A DNA stretch of 64,000 bases from an uncultured delta proteobacterium (GCA_963766715.1 CAVYBH010000008.1:608001-672000), one strand, 5' to 3'; counted from the stretch's first letter, positions 34,312 through 44,936 are shown. The notes: generated from the sequence alone by a model not told the origin. Program-made: numbers and translations.

Positions 34312-35670
34312 CACTTGGCCTCCTTCGCGGCAGCCGGGGCGGCCGGGCGCGGGACGACGGTCAGCGCGACGCGGTTCCTGTTCGCCAGGTACTTCGCGGC
34401 GGCCGCGCGGACGTCCTCCGCGGTGAGGGCGCGGAAGCGCTCCAGGTCCTTGCCCAGGTAGCCGGGGTCGCCGGTCTCCCAGTAGTAGGAGTTGAGGTGG
34501 GAGGCGCGGCCGCCGAAGCCGCCCACCGGCTCGAGGCCGAAGATGACCTGCGACTCGATCCGGTTCTTGGCCCGCTGCAGCTCCTCGCGCCGTGGGCCCG
34601 TCCTTCGCGATCCGGGCGATCTCCTGGTCGACGACCGCCTCGAGCTGCTCGGGCTTCACGCCCGGCTTGGGCGTGGCCACCACGACGAACATGCCGGCGA
34701 GCGCCTGGCGACTGCTGTCCCGCCATGACGTTCTGGGCGATCCGCTCCTCCATCACGAGGCGTCGGGTGAGGCGGCTCGACTTCCCGGTGGCCAGCACGT
34801 CGCCGAGCACCTCGAGCGCGGCGTCGCCGTCGGCGTACTCCCTGGGGGTCTGCCAGGCCAGGTAGAGCCGGGGCAGCTGGACCTGATCCGTCAGGGTGAC
34901 CCGCTTCTCGGCGGCGAGCGGCGAGGGCAGCGGCCTGACCCGCGCGCGGCGGGGGCGCGGCCGGGATCCCGCCGAAGTACCGCTCGACCATCGCGCGGGT
35001 CTTCACCGGGTCGATGTCGCCCACGATGGCGAGCGACGCGTTCCCGGGGCCGTACCAGCGCTGGTAGAACTCGCGCACGTCGGCGAGCGACGCCGCCTGG
35101 AGGTCCTCGTGCGAGCCGATGGCCTGCCAGTGGTAGGGGAACTCGGGGTTCCAGAGGTTCTCGAGGAGCACCTTCCAGGCCAGGCCGTAGGGCTTCATCT
35201 CGTAGTTCTCGCGCCGCTCGTTGCGCACCACCTCGCGCTGGTTGTCGAGCTTGGCCTGGTCGAGCGTGGGCAGCAGGTGGCCCATGCGCTCGGCCTGGAT
35301 GAAGAGCATCTGCTCGAGCGCGTTCGAGGGGACCTGCTCCCAGTACTGGGTGCGGTCGGGGCTGGTGGAGCCGTTCGACGACGCCGCCGGCGGCCTCGAT
35401 GAGCCGGTCGGACTCGCCCTTGGGGAGGTTGGCCGTCCCCTGGAACATGAGGTGCTCGTACAGGTGGGCGAAGCCGGTGCGGCCGGGCTTCTCGTCCTTC
35501 GAGCCCACGTCGTAGAGCATCTCGACCCCGACGAGCGGGGCGGTGTGATCCTCGGAGAGGATGACGTGCAGGCCGTTCGGCAGCGTGAACTGCTGGAACG
35601 GGATGGATGGGACGGCCTGGGGGGCGGCGGCCATCGAGGCGCCGCAGGCGAGGGCGAGGAGGGCGTTCAT
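34311..35670 (-). CDS. M16 zinc peptidase, catalytic subunit, frameshifted
   Basis: GRTGFAHLYEHLMFQG (HXXEH); VVRNERR; HWQAIGS. Confidence 0.9.
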
Positions 35671-35692
35671 TCCCCCTCCTTCTAACGTGGAT

Positions 35693-36937
35693 CTACCCGC
35701 GCGGCTCGATCCGCATGCCCTTGGGGATGACCACGATGCCGCTCTCGGTCACCTGGAAGCGGGCCTTGTCCTCCTCGGGGTCGTAGCCGATGACCGTCCC
35801 GGGCGGGATGTCGACGTGCTTGTCGATGATGGCCCGCCGGATCTTGCAGTGGCGTCCCACCGTCACGTCCTCGAAGAGGATGGCGCCCTCCACGTAGCTG
35901 TAGCTGTTGATGCGCACGCGGGGCGAGAGGATGGAGTGGTGCACGTTGCCGCCCGAGACGATGCAGCCCTCGGAGATGAGCGAGTCGGTGGCGCGGCCGA
36001 CCCGGTTCTCGGCGGCGTTGTTGAAGACGAACTTGGCCGGCGGGTAGTTGTACCGGATGGTGAAGATGGGCCACTCGAAGTTGTAGAGGGAGAAGACCGG
36101 GTCCACGTCGACCAGGTCCATGTTGGACTGGTAGTACGCGTCCAGGCTCCCCACGTCGCGCCAGTAGCCCCGCTCCTTCTCCGACTGGCCGGGCACGATG
36201 TTGGTCATGAAGTCGTAGACGAAGACGCGCTTGCGGGCGTGCATCGACGTGACGATCGACTTGCCGAAGTCGTGGGCCGAGGCCGCGTCGCCGGCGTCGC
36301 GGACGATCTCCTGCACCAGCGAGTCGGTGGTGAAGAGGTAGTTGCCCATCGAGGCCAGGCAGCGGGTGTCGTCGCCGGGCATGGTCTTCTCGGTCCCGGG
36401 CTTGGGCTTCTCGACGAAGCCGATCATCCGGCCGTCGGGGGCCATCTCGATGATGCCGAAGTCGTGGGCCTCGGCGCGCGGCACCGGGATGGCGGCCACC
36501 GTCAGGTCGGCCTGGTGGCCGGTGTGGTAGTCGAGCATCTGGCGCACGTCCATGCGGTAGACGTGGTCGGCGCCGAAGACGAAGGTGTAGTCCGGCTCCT
36601 CGTCGGTGATGATGTTCAGGTTCTGGTAGATGGCGTCGGCGGAGCCCTCGAACCACTTCGGGCCGTAGCGCATCTGCGCCGGCACGATCTCCACGTACTC
36701 GTTGAGGAGCGAGGTGAGGCGCCAGGCCCGCTGCACGTGGGTGTTGAGGGAGTCCGACTTGTACTGGACGAGCACCTTCATCCGCACGATGCCGGAGTTG
36801 GCGAAGTTGGAGAGGACGAAGTCGATGATGCGGTAGCGGCCGCCGAAGGGCACCGCCGGCTTGGCGCGCTCGCGGGTGAGCGGATCGAGCCGCCGCCCTT
36901 CCCCACCAGCCAGGATCATCGCGAGCACCTTCGTCAT
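35693..36937 (-). CDS. glgC: Glucose-1-phosphate adenylyltransferase
   Basis: [42 protein letters not shown]. Confidence 0.97.
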   Translation of the reverse strand: MTKVLAMILAGGEGRRLDPLTRERAKPAVPFGGRYRIIDFVLSNFANSGIVRMKVLVQYKSDSLNTHVQRAWRLTSLLNEYVEIVPAQMRYGPKWFEGSADAIYQNLNIITDEEPDYTFVFGADHVYRMDVRQMLDYHTGHQADLTVAAIPVPRAEAHDFGIIEMAPDGRMIGFVEKPKPGTEKTMPGDDTRCLASMGNYLFTTDSLVQEIVRDAGDAASAHDFGKSIVTSMHARKRVFVYDFMTNIVPGQSEKERGYWRDVGSLDAYYQSNMDLVDVDPVFSLYNFEWPIFTIRYNYPPAKFVFNNAAENRVGRATDSLISEGCIVSGGNVHHSILSPRVRINSYSYVEGAILFEDVTVGRHCKIRRAIIDKHVDIPPGTVIGYDPEEDKARFQVTESGIVVIPKGMRIEPRG

Positions 36938-37027
36938 GTTCGACCTCCTCGACCGACTCTAGCAGGGCTCGGGGGCGCGGCAAGTGCGCTTGGCGGGGGG
37001 CGGAACCGGTGTTATGAGGTCGCCCCC

Positions 37028-37963
37028 GTGAGGGAATCCACCGCCATCGCCAGGGAACCCGCACGCGCGCTCGCGCCCGTGCCCGATCGCTGCGTGCTCT
37101 GCGGGGACTCCCGGCTCGCCCTGCGCTTCCCGGCCCGGGGGCAGATGGCCCAGCTCGACGGCGGCGCCTGGCGCTGCACCAGCTTCGGCCACCGGCACCA
37201 CCCCCCCATCTATGGATGCGAGGACTGCGGCCTGCTCTTCCAGTGGCCCATGCCGTCGGACGAGGCGCTCCACGAGGCCTACACCGGCGTGGTCGACCCG
37301 CTCTACATGTCCGAGCGGGAGAACCGCATCCTCACGTTCCGCAACGTGATCCGGACGCTGGGGCCCGGCACCGGGCGCCGCCTGCTCGACGTGGGCGCCT
37401 ACTGTGGGTACTTCCTCGAGGTGGCACGGGAGCACGGCTTCCGCGCCGAGGGGCTCGAGCTCTCCCGCTGGGCCGCCTCGCACGCCCGGGCGCAGGGCTT
37501 CACCGTCCACTCCACGCCGCTCGAGACCCTCGCCGGCACGGCCGAGCGCTACGAGGTCCTCACCCTCTGGGACGTGGTCGAGCACCTGCCCGACCCGCGC
37601 GAGGAGCTGGCGGCGGCCCGCATGCTGCTCCTCCCCGGCGGCCGCCTCTACCTCTCGACCATCGACACCGGCAGCCTGGTGGCCCGGCTGCTCGGCGCCC
37701 GCTGGCCCTGGCTCATGGACATGCACCTCGTCTACTTCGACCGCCCCACCATGTCGGCGCTGCTCGAGGAGGCGGGGTTCCGCGTCACCGGGATCCGCAC
37801 CTACAGCCACACGGTCTCGGCCGGCTACCTGCTCCGCAAGATCGGCGCCAGCTTCCCGGTGCTCTCGCCCTTCACCCATTCGCTCGCGCGGGTGGTCCCG
37901 CCGAGCTGGCCGGTCCCGGTGAACCTCGGCGACAACATGCTGGTGAGCGCCGAGCGGATCTGA
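37028..37963 (+). CDS. Class I SAM-dependent methyltransferase with N-terminal CxxC zinc motifs
   Basis: CVLC..CEDC; LLDVGAYCG; WDVVEHLPDP. Confidence 0.85.
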   Translation: MRESTAIAREPARALAPVPDRCVLCGDSRLALRFPARGQMAQLDGGAWRCTSFGHRHHPPIYGCEDCGLLFQWPMPSDEALHEAYTGVVDPLYMSERENRILTFRNVIRTLGPGTGRRLLDVGAYCGYFLEVAREHGFRAEGLELSRWAASHARAQGFTVHSTPLETLAGTAERYEVLTLWDVVEHLPDPREELAAARMLLLPGGRLYLSTIDTGSLVARLLGARWPWLMDMHLVYFDRPTMSALLEEAGFRVTGIRTYSHTVSAGYLLRKIGASFPVLSPFTHSLARVVPPSWPVPVNLGDNMLVSAERI

Positions 37964-37966
37964 TCC

Positions 37967-39067
37967 ATGGAGAAGCCGCCGCGCCGCGCGCTGGTCGCGC
38001 TGGTCGCCGTCTCCCTGGGGCTCACCGCGCTGGTCCCGCTCACCAACACGAGCCCGTACGGCGACCTGTCGGCGGGCTACACCGACCACCTCCACCACGC
38101 GCACGCCACCTGGGTCTTCCTCCAGAAGGGGCTCGACGCGTACCGGCTCCCGCTCGCCGAGTCGTCGCGCGGGGTCGAATACCCGCAGCAGACCGGCGCC
38201 TGGCCTCGGATGCCGGTGAACTATCCGCCCGGGATGTTCGCGGTCTTCCTGCCCGCCGCCATCGCCGGGCGGCTCGTTCCCATGAGCCAGGAGACCTTCG
38301 GCCGGGTGGGGGTGCTCTGGCTGCTCGTGCTCGCCCACCTCGCGCTGCTCGGGATCTTCGCGCTTCTCGCCGAGGAGCCGGCCGGCGGCCGCGCCGTGGT
38401 GGGGATGATCGCCTGGGTCTACCTGATCCGGCTGGCGCTGCAGGGGTTCTACGACGTCACCTTCCTCGGCGCGGGGGCCATGGCGCTCCTCTCGCTCCGC
38501 CGGAGCCGACCCGATCGCGCGCTCCTCTGGCTGGCGCTGGCCGGCCTCCTCCACTACCGGGCGGTGGCGCTCGTTCCGGTGGGCGTGGTCGCGCTCTGGC
38601 AGGCGCTCACCGCGCCCCGCGAGGAGCGCCCCTGGGGCGCGATCGCCGCGGTCGGCCTGGCCGGGGCGGTGGTGGTCGGGACCTTCCTCCTGCAGTGGCC
38701 GGCCACCAAGGCCTACCTCGACACCCTGCACCCTTCACTCGGCGTGATCGGCGCCGGGGCCCGGTTCTGGGCGGTGGTGGCGGCGAGCGCGGCGGCCGCG
38801 GCGGCCTCGTGGTGGTACGGGAGTCCGCTGGTGGCGGGACTGGTGGCCGCAGCCCTCGGCCTCGCCCTCACCGACATCTACGACTGGTGGCACGGGGCGG
38901 TCCTGCTCTTCGCCCCCATGGCCGTGGGCGTGGGGGGCGCGCGGGCCGCCTCGACGGCCCGGGCGGTGCTCGTCGGGTGGCTGCTCCTCATGCAGCCGCT
39001 CGGCTTCGACCAGACCCCGAGCGACCTGTTCCTCGACTTCGCAAAGCACTACCGACCGAAAAACTGA
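37967..39067 (+). CDS. Polytopic membrane protein, possibly a GT-C fold glycosyltransferase
   Basis: Multiple TMs; early loop YTDH..NYPPG; GFYD motif. Confidence 0.55.
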   Translation: MEKPPRRALVALVAVSLGLTALVPLTNTSPYGDLSAGYTDHLHHAHATWVFLQKGLDAYRLPLAESSRGVEYPQQTGAWPRMPVNYPPGMFAVFLPAAIAGRLVPMSQETFGRVGVLWLLVLAHLALLGIFALLAEEPAGGRAVVGMIAWVYLIRLALQGFYDVTFLGAGAMALLSLRRSRPDRALLWLALAGLLHYRAVALVPVGVVALWQALTAPREERPWGAIAAVGLAGAVVVGTFLLQWPATKAYLDTLHPSLGVIGAGARFWAVVAASAAAAAASWWYGSPLVAGLVAAALGLALTDIYDWWHGAVLLFAPMAVGVGGARAASTARAVLVGWLLLMQPLGFDQTPSDLFLDFAKHYRPKN

Positions 39068-39170
39068 ATTGTTGCCATGATATTGCGACAGCTTGCGCCC
39101 CGAGCAGGGGCTCGTGGACAATGCACCCTTTCGGGTCCCAGCCTGCCGGGGACCCCCGAAGGGGCCCGCC

Positions 39171-39284
39171 ATGAAGTTCATCGAGCTCGACTTCCGCACC
39201 ACCCCCTGGACACTCCGGGTGAAGGTCCTCTGGGCGGCGATCATCGGGGGGAAGGTGCTCCTGGGCGGCGGCCCGACGGCCTGA
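39171..39284 (+). CDS. Small hypothetical protein (37 aa)
   Basis: AAGGGG RBS; GC3-biased codons; MKFIELDFRTTPWTLRVKVLWAAIIGGKVLLGGGPTA. Confidence 0.55.
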   Translation: MKFIELDFRTTPWTLRVKVLWAAIIGGKVLLGGGPTA

Positions 39285-39318
39285 CGCGGCGGCCCCCCGG
39301 CCGCGCGGCCATTCCCCG

Positions 39319-39771
39319 TCAGTAGGCGACGCGGACGACGATGCGGTTCTCGCCGGGCCGAACCTCGACTCTCGCCTCGTCGAACCCCGGCGGCCCCATG
39401 AATCCCTTGGCGTCGTTCGAGGCGCCGAGCCCCTCGGTGGGGATGCCCAGGAAGCCGGTGTCGAGCTTCCCGTTGCCGTTCTCGTCGTGGTACGCGGCGA
39501 CGGCGTAGCCGCCCGGCGAGAGTCCCTGGAAGACCACCCGGGCCGTTCCCCCCGAGATGAACGCGTCGGCCTGGCGGAAGGCCTTGGCCGGCCGGGTGGG
39601 GAACCCGTCCGCCGAGGCGTAGAGCGAGGCGTGGACCGTCCCCGCGTCGTCCTTCAGCCCCGCGATCTCGACGGTCAGGGAGGCGGCCGGGGCGGGCGGG
39701 GCGGAAGCCGGTGGCAACTCCTCCGCGGCGAGGAGGGTGCAGAGGACGAGGAACGTGGCGCGCACGGGCAC
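39319..39771 (-). CDS. DUF2141 family protein
   Basis: GGYAVAAYHDENGNGKLD..GIPTEGLGASND..GPP.F. Confidence 0.88.
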   Translation of the reverse strand: MPVRATFLVLCTLLAAEELPPASAPPAPAASLTVEIAGLKDDAGTVHASLYASADGFPTRPAKAFRQADAFISGGTARVVFQGLSPGGYAVAAYHDENGNGKLDTGFLGIPTEGLGASNDAKGFMGPPGFDEARVEVRPGENRIVVRVAY

Positions 39772-39772
39772 C

Positions 39773-40273
39773 TCAGACGTGGCGGGGTGGGCGCAGCGGA
39801 CGCAGGGCCGGCCCGTGCCCCGCCTCGTGGGCGAGCAGCCAGGCCTTCACGTCGGCGCCGCCGGCGTAGCCGCCCAGGCGCCCCCCGGCGGCGACCACCC
39901 GGTGGCAGGGAACGAGGATGGCGACGGGATTCTGGCCGTTGGCGTTGCCCACCGCGCGGGCGCCGCGGGAGCCGATGCGGGCGGCCAGTTCACCATAGGT
40001 GACCACCTCGCCCCAGGGGATGGCGAGCAGCGCCTCCCAGACGATCCGCTGGTGCTCGGTCCCGTGCAGGTCGAGGGGCGGGAGGAGCGGCGGCTGGCCG
40101 GAGAAGTAGTCGGCCAGCGCCTGCAGCCCGGCCTCCAGGTTGTGGCGGGTCTTCTTGCTGATGGGGGGGCGGACCCCGTCGCGCCCGCCGAAGCGGACGC
40201 TGCACACCCCCTCGTCCGTCGCCTCCACCGAGAGGGTCCCGACGGGCGACCGGAAGCGGGCGAGTGCGGTCAT
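39773..40273 (-). CDS. ogt: Methylated-DNA--protein-cysteine methyltransferase
   Basis: IPWGEVVTYG; ARAVGNANG.NP; PCHRV. Confidence 0.93.
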   Translation of the reverse strand: MTALARFRSPVGTLSVEATDEGVCSVRFGGRDGVRPPISKKTRHNLEAGLQALADYFSGQPPLLPPLDLHGTEHQRIVWEALLAIPWGEVVTYGELAARIGSRGARAVGNANGQNPVAILVPCHRVVAAGGRLGGYAGGADVKAWLLAHEAGHGPALRPLRPPRHV

Positions 40274-40293
40274 GACCGGCCGAGTCTAGAACA

Positions 40294-42648
40294 TCACCCG
40301 CGCCTGAGGAACTTGGCGATCACCCGCTTCTCGCCGACCCCGGGAAAGGCCACCGTGACCTTGGCCTCCGGCCCGGGGCCGTCGCAGGTCCGCACCAGGC
40401 CCACCCCCAGGCTGGGGTGGGTCACCCGGTCACCCGCGGTGAAGGCCGCCCTCGTCCCCTCGGGGCGCTGATCGAAGGAGTAGTCCACCGTGGGACCGCC
40501 CGGCCGCCGGGGAGCCGGCCGGGCCGGGGCCGGGGGCGTGCGCGAGGGTGCGTCCTCGCCGTCGTACTCGATGACCGGATCGCCGGGGAGCGAGCCGGGG
40601 TGGCGCCGGATCACCGGCCCGGTCGGCGCGGGGCGCGGCGGCGGCCGGGAGGGAAGGCCGAACAGCTCCGGCGGGAGGTCGCCCAGGAAGCGGGACGGCT
40701 CCCGCTCCCGCCAGCTCGGTCCGGCCTCGCCATAGGCCATGCGCCGGCGGGCGAGCGACAGGGTGAGCCGCGACTTCGCGCGGGTCATGCCGACGTAGCA
40801 GAGGCGCCTCTCCTCGTCGAGCTCGGCGGCCCGCTCCCCGCCCTCGGACTCGCGCCGCCAGGGGCGCTCGTAGGGCAGCATGCCCTCCTCGACGCCGGCC
40901 AGGAACACCGCCTCGAACTCGAGCCCCTTGGCCGCGTGGAGCGTCATGAGCGCCACCCGGCCCTCCGGCGTCGGCCCGTCGGCGTCGCCGATGAGGGCGA
41001 TCTGCTCGAGGAAGCGGGCCAGGGGCGGCGGGAGCGGCTCCTCCGGATCGCGGGAGGGGCGCTCGGTGGCCCGCGCCTCGTCGAACTCGCGGGCCGCCGC
41101 CACCAGCTCGAGCAGGTTCTCGGCCTTGTCGGCGGCCTCGTCGGTCCCCTCCGCCTTGAGCCGCTCCAGCAGTCCACTCCGGGTGACGGCCTCCTGCACG
41201 GCCACGCCGGCGTCGAGCCCGGGGATGTCCTGGTGCAGCCCGGCCACCACCTCGTGGAACTCCCCCAGGTTGCGCCGCGCCGCGGACTTCAGCTCGTCGA
41301 TCTCGTCCCGGCGCCCCACCGCCTCGAAGAGGGTGAGGCCGTTGCCGGCGGCGAAGGCCTGGAGCCGCTCGAGCGTCTTCTCGCCGATGCCGCGGGCCGG
41401 GCGGTTGACCACCCGGAGCAGGTCGAGGTCGGAGGAGGGGTTGAGCGCGAGCCGCAGCCAGGCCGCCGCGTCGCGCACCTCGGCTCGCTCGTAGAAGCTC
41501 GTGCCCCGCACGATCACGTACGGGATGCGCCCCGCGCGCAGCGCCGCCTCGAGCGGGCGCGACTGGGCGTTCACCCGGTAGAGCACGGCGATCTCGTCGC
41601 CCCGGGTCCCGCGGTGGCGCTCGGCCTCCACCGCCGCCGTGATCCGCTGGGCCTCCTCGTGCTCGTCCTGGGCCACCAGCAGGGCGAGCGGCGCCCCGGC
41701 CTCCCGGGTGGTCCAGAGCTTCTTCTCCCGGCGGCGCGTGGCCCGCGAGATGACCGCGTGGGCGGCCTCGAGCACGTTGGCGGTGGAGCGGTAGTTCTGC
41801 TCCAGCTTCACCACCCGGACGCCCGGGAAGTCCTTGTCGAAGTCGAGGATGTTGGACACGTCGGCGCCGCGCCAGCGGTAGATGGCCTGGTCGTCGTCGC
41901 CCACCACGCAGACGTTCCGGCGCTCCCCGGCGAGCAGGCGCAGGAGCCGGTACTGCGCGGGGTTCGTGTCCTGGAACTCGTCCACCAGCACGTGGCGGAA
42001 GCGCTGGCTCCAGCGGGCCCGCAGCTCGGGGTCGGCGTCGAGGAGCTGCGCCGGGCGCAGCAGGAGGTCGCCGAAGTCCACCGCGCCGGCCCGGGAGAGG
42101 GCCTTCTCGTAGCGGCGCCACACCTCGAGGCTGCGCTCGGTCTCGACGTCGTGCTCCTCGAAGCGCACCGAGCCGGGCGAGTGGCCCAGGTTCTTCCAGC
42201 GATCGATGCGGGAGAGCACGTCGCGCGGGCCGAAGCGGCCGTCGTCGGAGATCCCCATGTCGGCCAGGATCCGCTTCACCAGCCGCTTCTGGTCGTCGTC
42301 GTCGTAGATGGCGAAGGAGGGCGGCAGGCCGGCCCGGGCCGCCTCGCGCCGCAGGAAGCGGGCCCCGAAGGCGTGGAAGGTCTGCACCCAGGCGTCGGCC
42401 CCCTCCAGCCCGAGCAGGTCGGCGAGCCGCTCCCGCATCTCGCCCGCCGCCTTGTTGGTGAAGGTGACGGCGAGCACGTGCCAGGGGGCGATGCCCCGCT
42501 CCCGGATCAGGTGGGCGATGCGGTGCACGATGACGCGGGTCTTGCCCGAGCCCGCGCCGGCGAGCACCAAGAGCGGCCCGTCCCCGTGCAGGACCGCCTC
42601 GCGCTGGGCGTCGTTCAGCGGGTCGAGGATGGGGTCGACGGGCGCCAT
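40294..42648 (-). CDS. pcrA: UvrD/PcrA ATP-dependent DNA helicase
   Basis: AGAGSGKT; TFTNKAA; VDEFQD; VGDDDQAIY; LEQNYRS; TLHAAKGLEF; EERRLCYVGMTRA. Confidence 0.93.
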   Translation of the reverse strand: MAPVDPILDPLNDAQREAVLHGDGPLLVLAGAGSGKTRVIVHRIAHLIRERGIAPWHVLAVTFTNKAAGEMRERLADLLGLEGADAWVQTFHAFGARFLRREAARAGLPPSFAIYDDDDQKRLVKRILADMGISDDGRFGPRDVLSRIDRWKNLGHSPGSVRFEEHDVETERSLEVWRRYEKALSRAGAVDFGDLLLRPAQLLDADPELRARWSQRFRHVLVDEFQDTNPAQYRLLRLLAGERRNVCVVGDDDQAIYRWRGADVSNILDFDKDFPGVRVVKLEQNYRSTANVLEAAHAVISRATRRREKKLWTTREAGAPLALLVAQDEHEEAQRITAAVEAERHRGTRGDEIAVLYRVNAQSRPLEAALRAGRIPYVIVRGTSFYERAEVRDAAAWLRLALNPSSDLDLLRVVNRPARGIGEKTLERLQAFAAGNGLTLFEAVGRRDEIDELKSAARRNLGEFHEVVAGLHQDIPGLDAGVAVQEAVTRSGLLERLKAEGTDEAADKAENLLELVAAAREFDEARATERPSRDPEEPLPPPLARFLEQIALIGDADGPTPEGRVALMTLHAAKGLEFEAVFLAGVEEGMLPYERPWRRESEGGERAAELDEERRLCYVGMTRAKSRLTLSLARRRMAYGEAGPSWREREPSRFLGDLPPELFGLPSRPPPRPAPTGPVIRRHPGSLPGDPVIEYDGEDAPSRTPPAPARPAPRRPGGPTVDYSFDQRPEGTRAAFTAGDRVTHPSLGVGLVRTCDGPGPEAKVTVAFPGVGEKRVIAKFLRRG

Positions 42649-42719
42649 GGCCGCCCATACCACGACCCGGACGCGTCCGGGGGGCTCGCCCGCCGCCGGG
42701 GCGGGGTAGATTGGCGGCG

Positions 42720-44372
42720 ATGGCATCCTCGGTCCGCATCTCCGCGCTGGGCGGCCTCGGCGAGATCGGCATGAACTGCCTGGCGCTCGAGTCCGAGGGG
42801 CGCGTCGCGGTGGTCGACTGCGGCCTGCTCTTCCCGGCCGAGCCCTTCGGCGTGGACGCCATCTCGCCCGACCTCTCCTGGCTGCGGGAGCGGCGGGACC
42901 GGGTGGACGCCGTCTTCGTCACCCACGGTCACGAGGACCACATCGGCGCGCTCCCGCTCCTGCTGCGCGACCTGGCCGTCCCCGTGTTCGGGCCCCGGCT
43001 GGCGCTGGCGCTCCTGCGGCCCCGCCTGGAGGAGGCGGGGGTGAAGGCCGACCTGCGCGAGGTCCGGGCCGGGGACGCGGTGCGATCCGGCGCGGCCTCC
43101 CCGTTCGGCGCCGAGTTCGTGGCCGTGGCCCACTCGATCCCGGACGCCTGCGCGCTGGCGCTCTCCACGCCGCAGGGGACCGTCTACCACTCGGGCGACT
43201 TCAAGATCGACGAGGCGCCGCTCGACGGGCGGCGCACCGACCTGGCCCGCGTCGAGGCGCTCGGCCGCGAGGGGATCCGCGTGCTCCTCTCCGACTCCAC
43301 CAACGCCGACCGGCCCGGCACCTCGCTCTCCGAGTCGGCGGTCGGCCCGGCCCTCCGCGTCGCCATGGACGGCGCGCCCGGCCGCGTCTGGGTGACCTGC
43401 TTCTCCTCCCACCTGCACCGCATCCAGCAGGTGGCCGACGCGGCCCGGAGCTACGGACGGCGCCTCGTGCCGCTCGGCCGCTCCATGGAGGAGAACCTGC
43501 GGCTCGGCGTCGAGCTGGGCTACCTGCGATTCCCGCCCGGCCAGCTGGCCACCCTGGAGGAGGCGCGCGACCTGCGCCCCCGCGAGACCTGCGTGGTGGT
43601 CACCGGGACCCAGGGGGAGCCCCGCAGCGCGCTGGGGCGGCTGGCGCGGGGCGAGCTGCTCGAGCTGCCGGTGCGTCCCGGCGACCGGGTGCTGCTCTCG
43701 TCCCGCTACATCCCCGGGAACGAGGTGGCCATCGGCCGCACGGTGAACGGGCTGACCGGGCGCGGCGCCGAGGTGCTCTGGGAGGACTTCCGCGCGCTCC
43801 ACGTCTCCGGGCACGCCCAGGAGGACGAGCAGCGGCGCCTGGTCCGCCTGGCCCGGCCGGAGCACTTCCTCCCCATCCACGGGGAGCTCCGCCACCTGAC
43901 GCGGCACGCCGCCCACGCCGCCGCGGAGGGGCTCTCCGCCGACCGCCGCCACGTGATGGTGGACGGGGAGGTGCTGGAGCTCTCCGACGGCGGGGTCCGC
44001 CGCGTCGAGGACCGCCTCCCGTCCGGGCGCATCCACCTCGACCGCGACGCCTCCTTCGGCGTGGTGGAGCCGGGCGTGGTACGAGATCGGCGGGCGCTCG
44101 CCGAGTACGGGATCGTCCTGGCGGTGCTGGTGGTGGACCGCGTCACCCGGGAGGCGGTCCGCCCCCTGGAGATCCGCGGACGGGGGGCGGCGGGGCTCGC
44201 CGGCCGGGAGGCGGAGGTGGCCGGCGAGGTGGGGCGCGCGCTCCTCGAGATCCCCGCCGGGTCCCGGGACGTGCGGTCGCTGGAGCGGGAGGTCTCGCAG
44301 GCGGTCCGGCGCTGGTTCCGGCGGGAGGGCGGCCGGCGCCCGGCGGTGCAGGTGGTGGTGCTGGAGATCTGA
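42720..44372 (+). CDS. rnj: Ribonuclease J
   Basis: LGGLGEIGMN; THGHEDHIG; HSIPD; GDFK; DSTN; GTQGEP; HVSGHA; PIHGE. Confidence 0.95.
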   Translation: MASSVRISALGGLGEIGMNCLALESEGRVAVVDCGLLFPAEPFGVDAISPDLSWLRERRDRVDAVFVTHGHEDHIGALPLLLRDLAVPVFGPRLALALLRPRLEEAGVKADLREVRAGDAVRSGAASPFGAEFVAVAHSIPDACALALSTPQGTVYHSGDFKIDEAPLDGRRTDLARVEALGREGIRVLLSDSTNADRPGTSLSESAVGPALRVAMDGAPGRVWVTCFSSHLHRIQQVADAARSYGRRLVPLGRSMEENLRLGVELGYLRFPPGQLATLEEARDLRPRETCVVVTGTQGEPRSALGRLARGELLELPVRPGDRVLLSSRYIPGNEVAIGRTVNGLTGRGAEVLWEDFRALHVSGHAQEDEQRRLVRLARPEHFLPIHGELRHLTRHAAHAAAEGLSADRRHVMVDGEVLELSDGGVRRVEDRLPSGRIHLDRDASFGVVEPGVVRDRRALAEYGIVLAVLVVDRVTREAVRPLEIRGRGAAGLAGREAEVAGEVGRALLEIPAGSRDVRSLEREVSQAVRRWFRREGGRRPAVQVVVLEI

Positions 44373-44406
44373 ACGCGGCGCCCAGGGTGCCGGAAGGGAG
44401 CGGGAG

Positions 44407-44895
44407 ATGCCGAGCTTCGACGCGGTGAGCGACCTCGACCTCATGGAGGTGGAGAACGCCTTCCAGCAGTCGCGGAAGGAGATCGCGCAGCGGTTCGACT
44501 TCAAGGGGACCTCGACCGACCTGGAGCGGCAGCAGGACGGGGGCATCCTCATCAAGGGGAACAGCGACGGCCGCGTCGACGCGGCCTACACCGTGCTCAT
44601 GGAGAAGTTCGCCAAGCGCGGCGTTCCGCTCGAGGGGCTCGACCCCCAGGCGATCGAGCCGGCCGCGGGCGGGCACGTGAAGCGGCTCGTGAAGCTCCGC
44701 CGAGGCCTGAAGCAGGAGGACGCGAAGAAGATCGTGGCGCTCATCAAGGGCTCCGGGCTCAAGGTGCAGGCGGCCATCCAGGGCGAGGCGGTGCGGGTCA
44801 CCGGCAAGAAGCGGGACGACCTCCAGGGCGCCATGGCCGCCATCCGGGGAGCCAACCTGGGGATTCCGCTGCAGTTCCAGAACTTCCGGGAGTGA
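44407..44895 (+). CDS. yajQ: YajQ family nucleotide/c-di-GMP-binding protein
   Basis: MPSFDAVS; RFDFKG; VRVTGKKRDDLQ; LQFQNFRE. Confidence 0.95.
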   Translation: MPSFDAVSDLDLMEVENAFQQSRKEIAQRFDFKGTSTDLERQQDGGILIKGNSDGRVDAAYTVLMEKFAKRGVPLEGLDPQAIEPAAGGHVKRLVKLRRGLKQEDAKKIVALIKGSGLKVQAAIQGEAVRVTGKKRDDLQGAMAAIRGANLGIPLQFQNFRE

Positions 44896-44936
44896 CGGGG
44901 GGTTCGGCGCGCTCGCGCCTGTCGTATGCTCCGCGG

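Noticed and set aside
31912..34692. Apparent M16 peptidase-nuclease fusion (926 aa)
   Set aside because: A frameshift near 33120 causes it. The true M16 C-terminus is in ORF 32826..33026, and the nuclease has its own overlapping GTG.
35561..37963. 800-aa plus-strand ORF and other long antisense ORFs (e.g. 14727..18431, 40417..42774)
   Set aside because: These are shadow ORFs from GC3 bias opposite real genes. Only 37028-37963 is coding on this strand.
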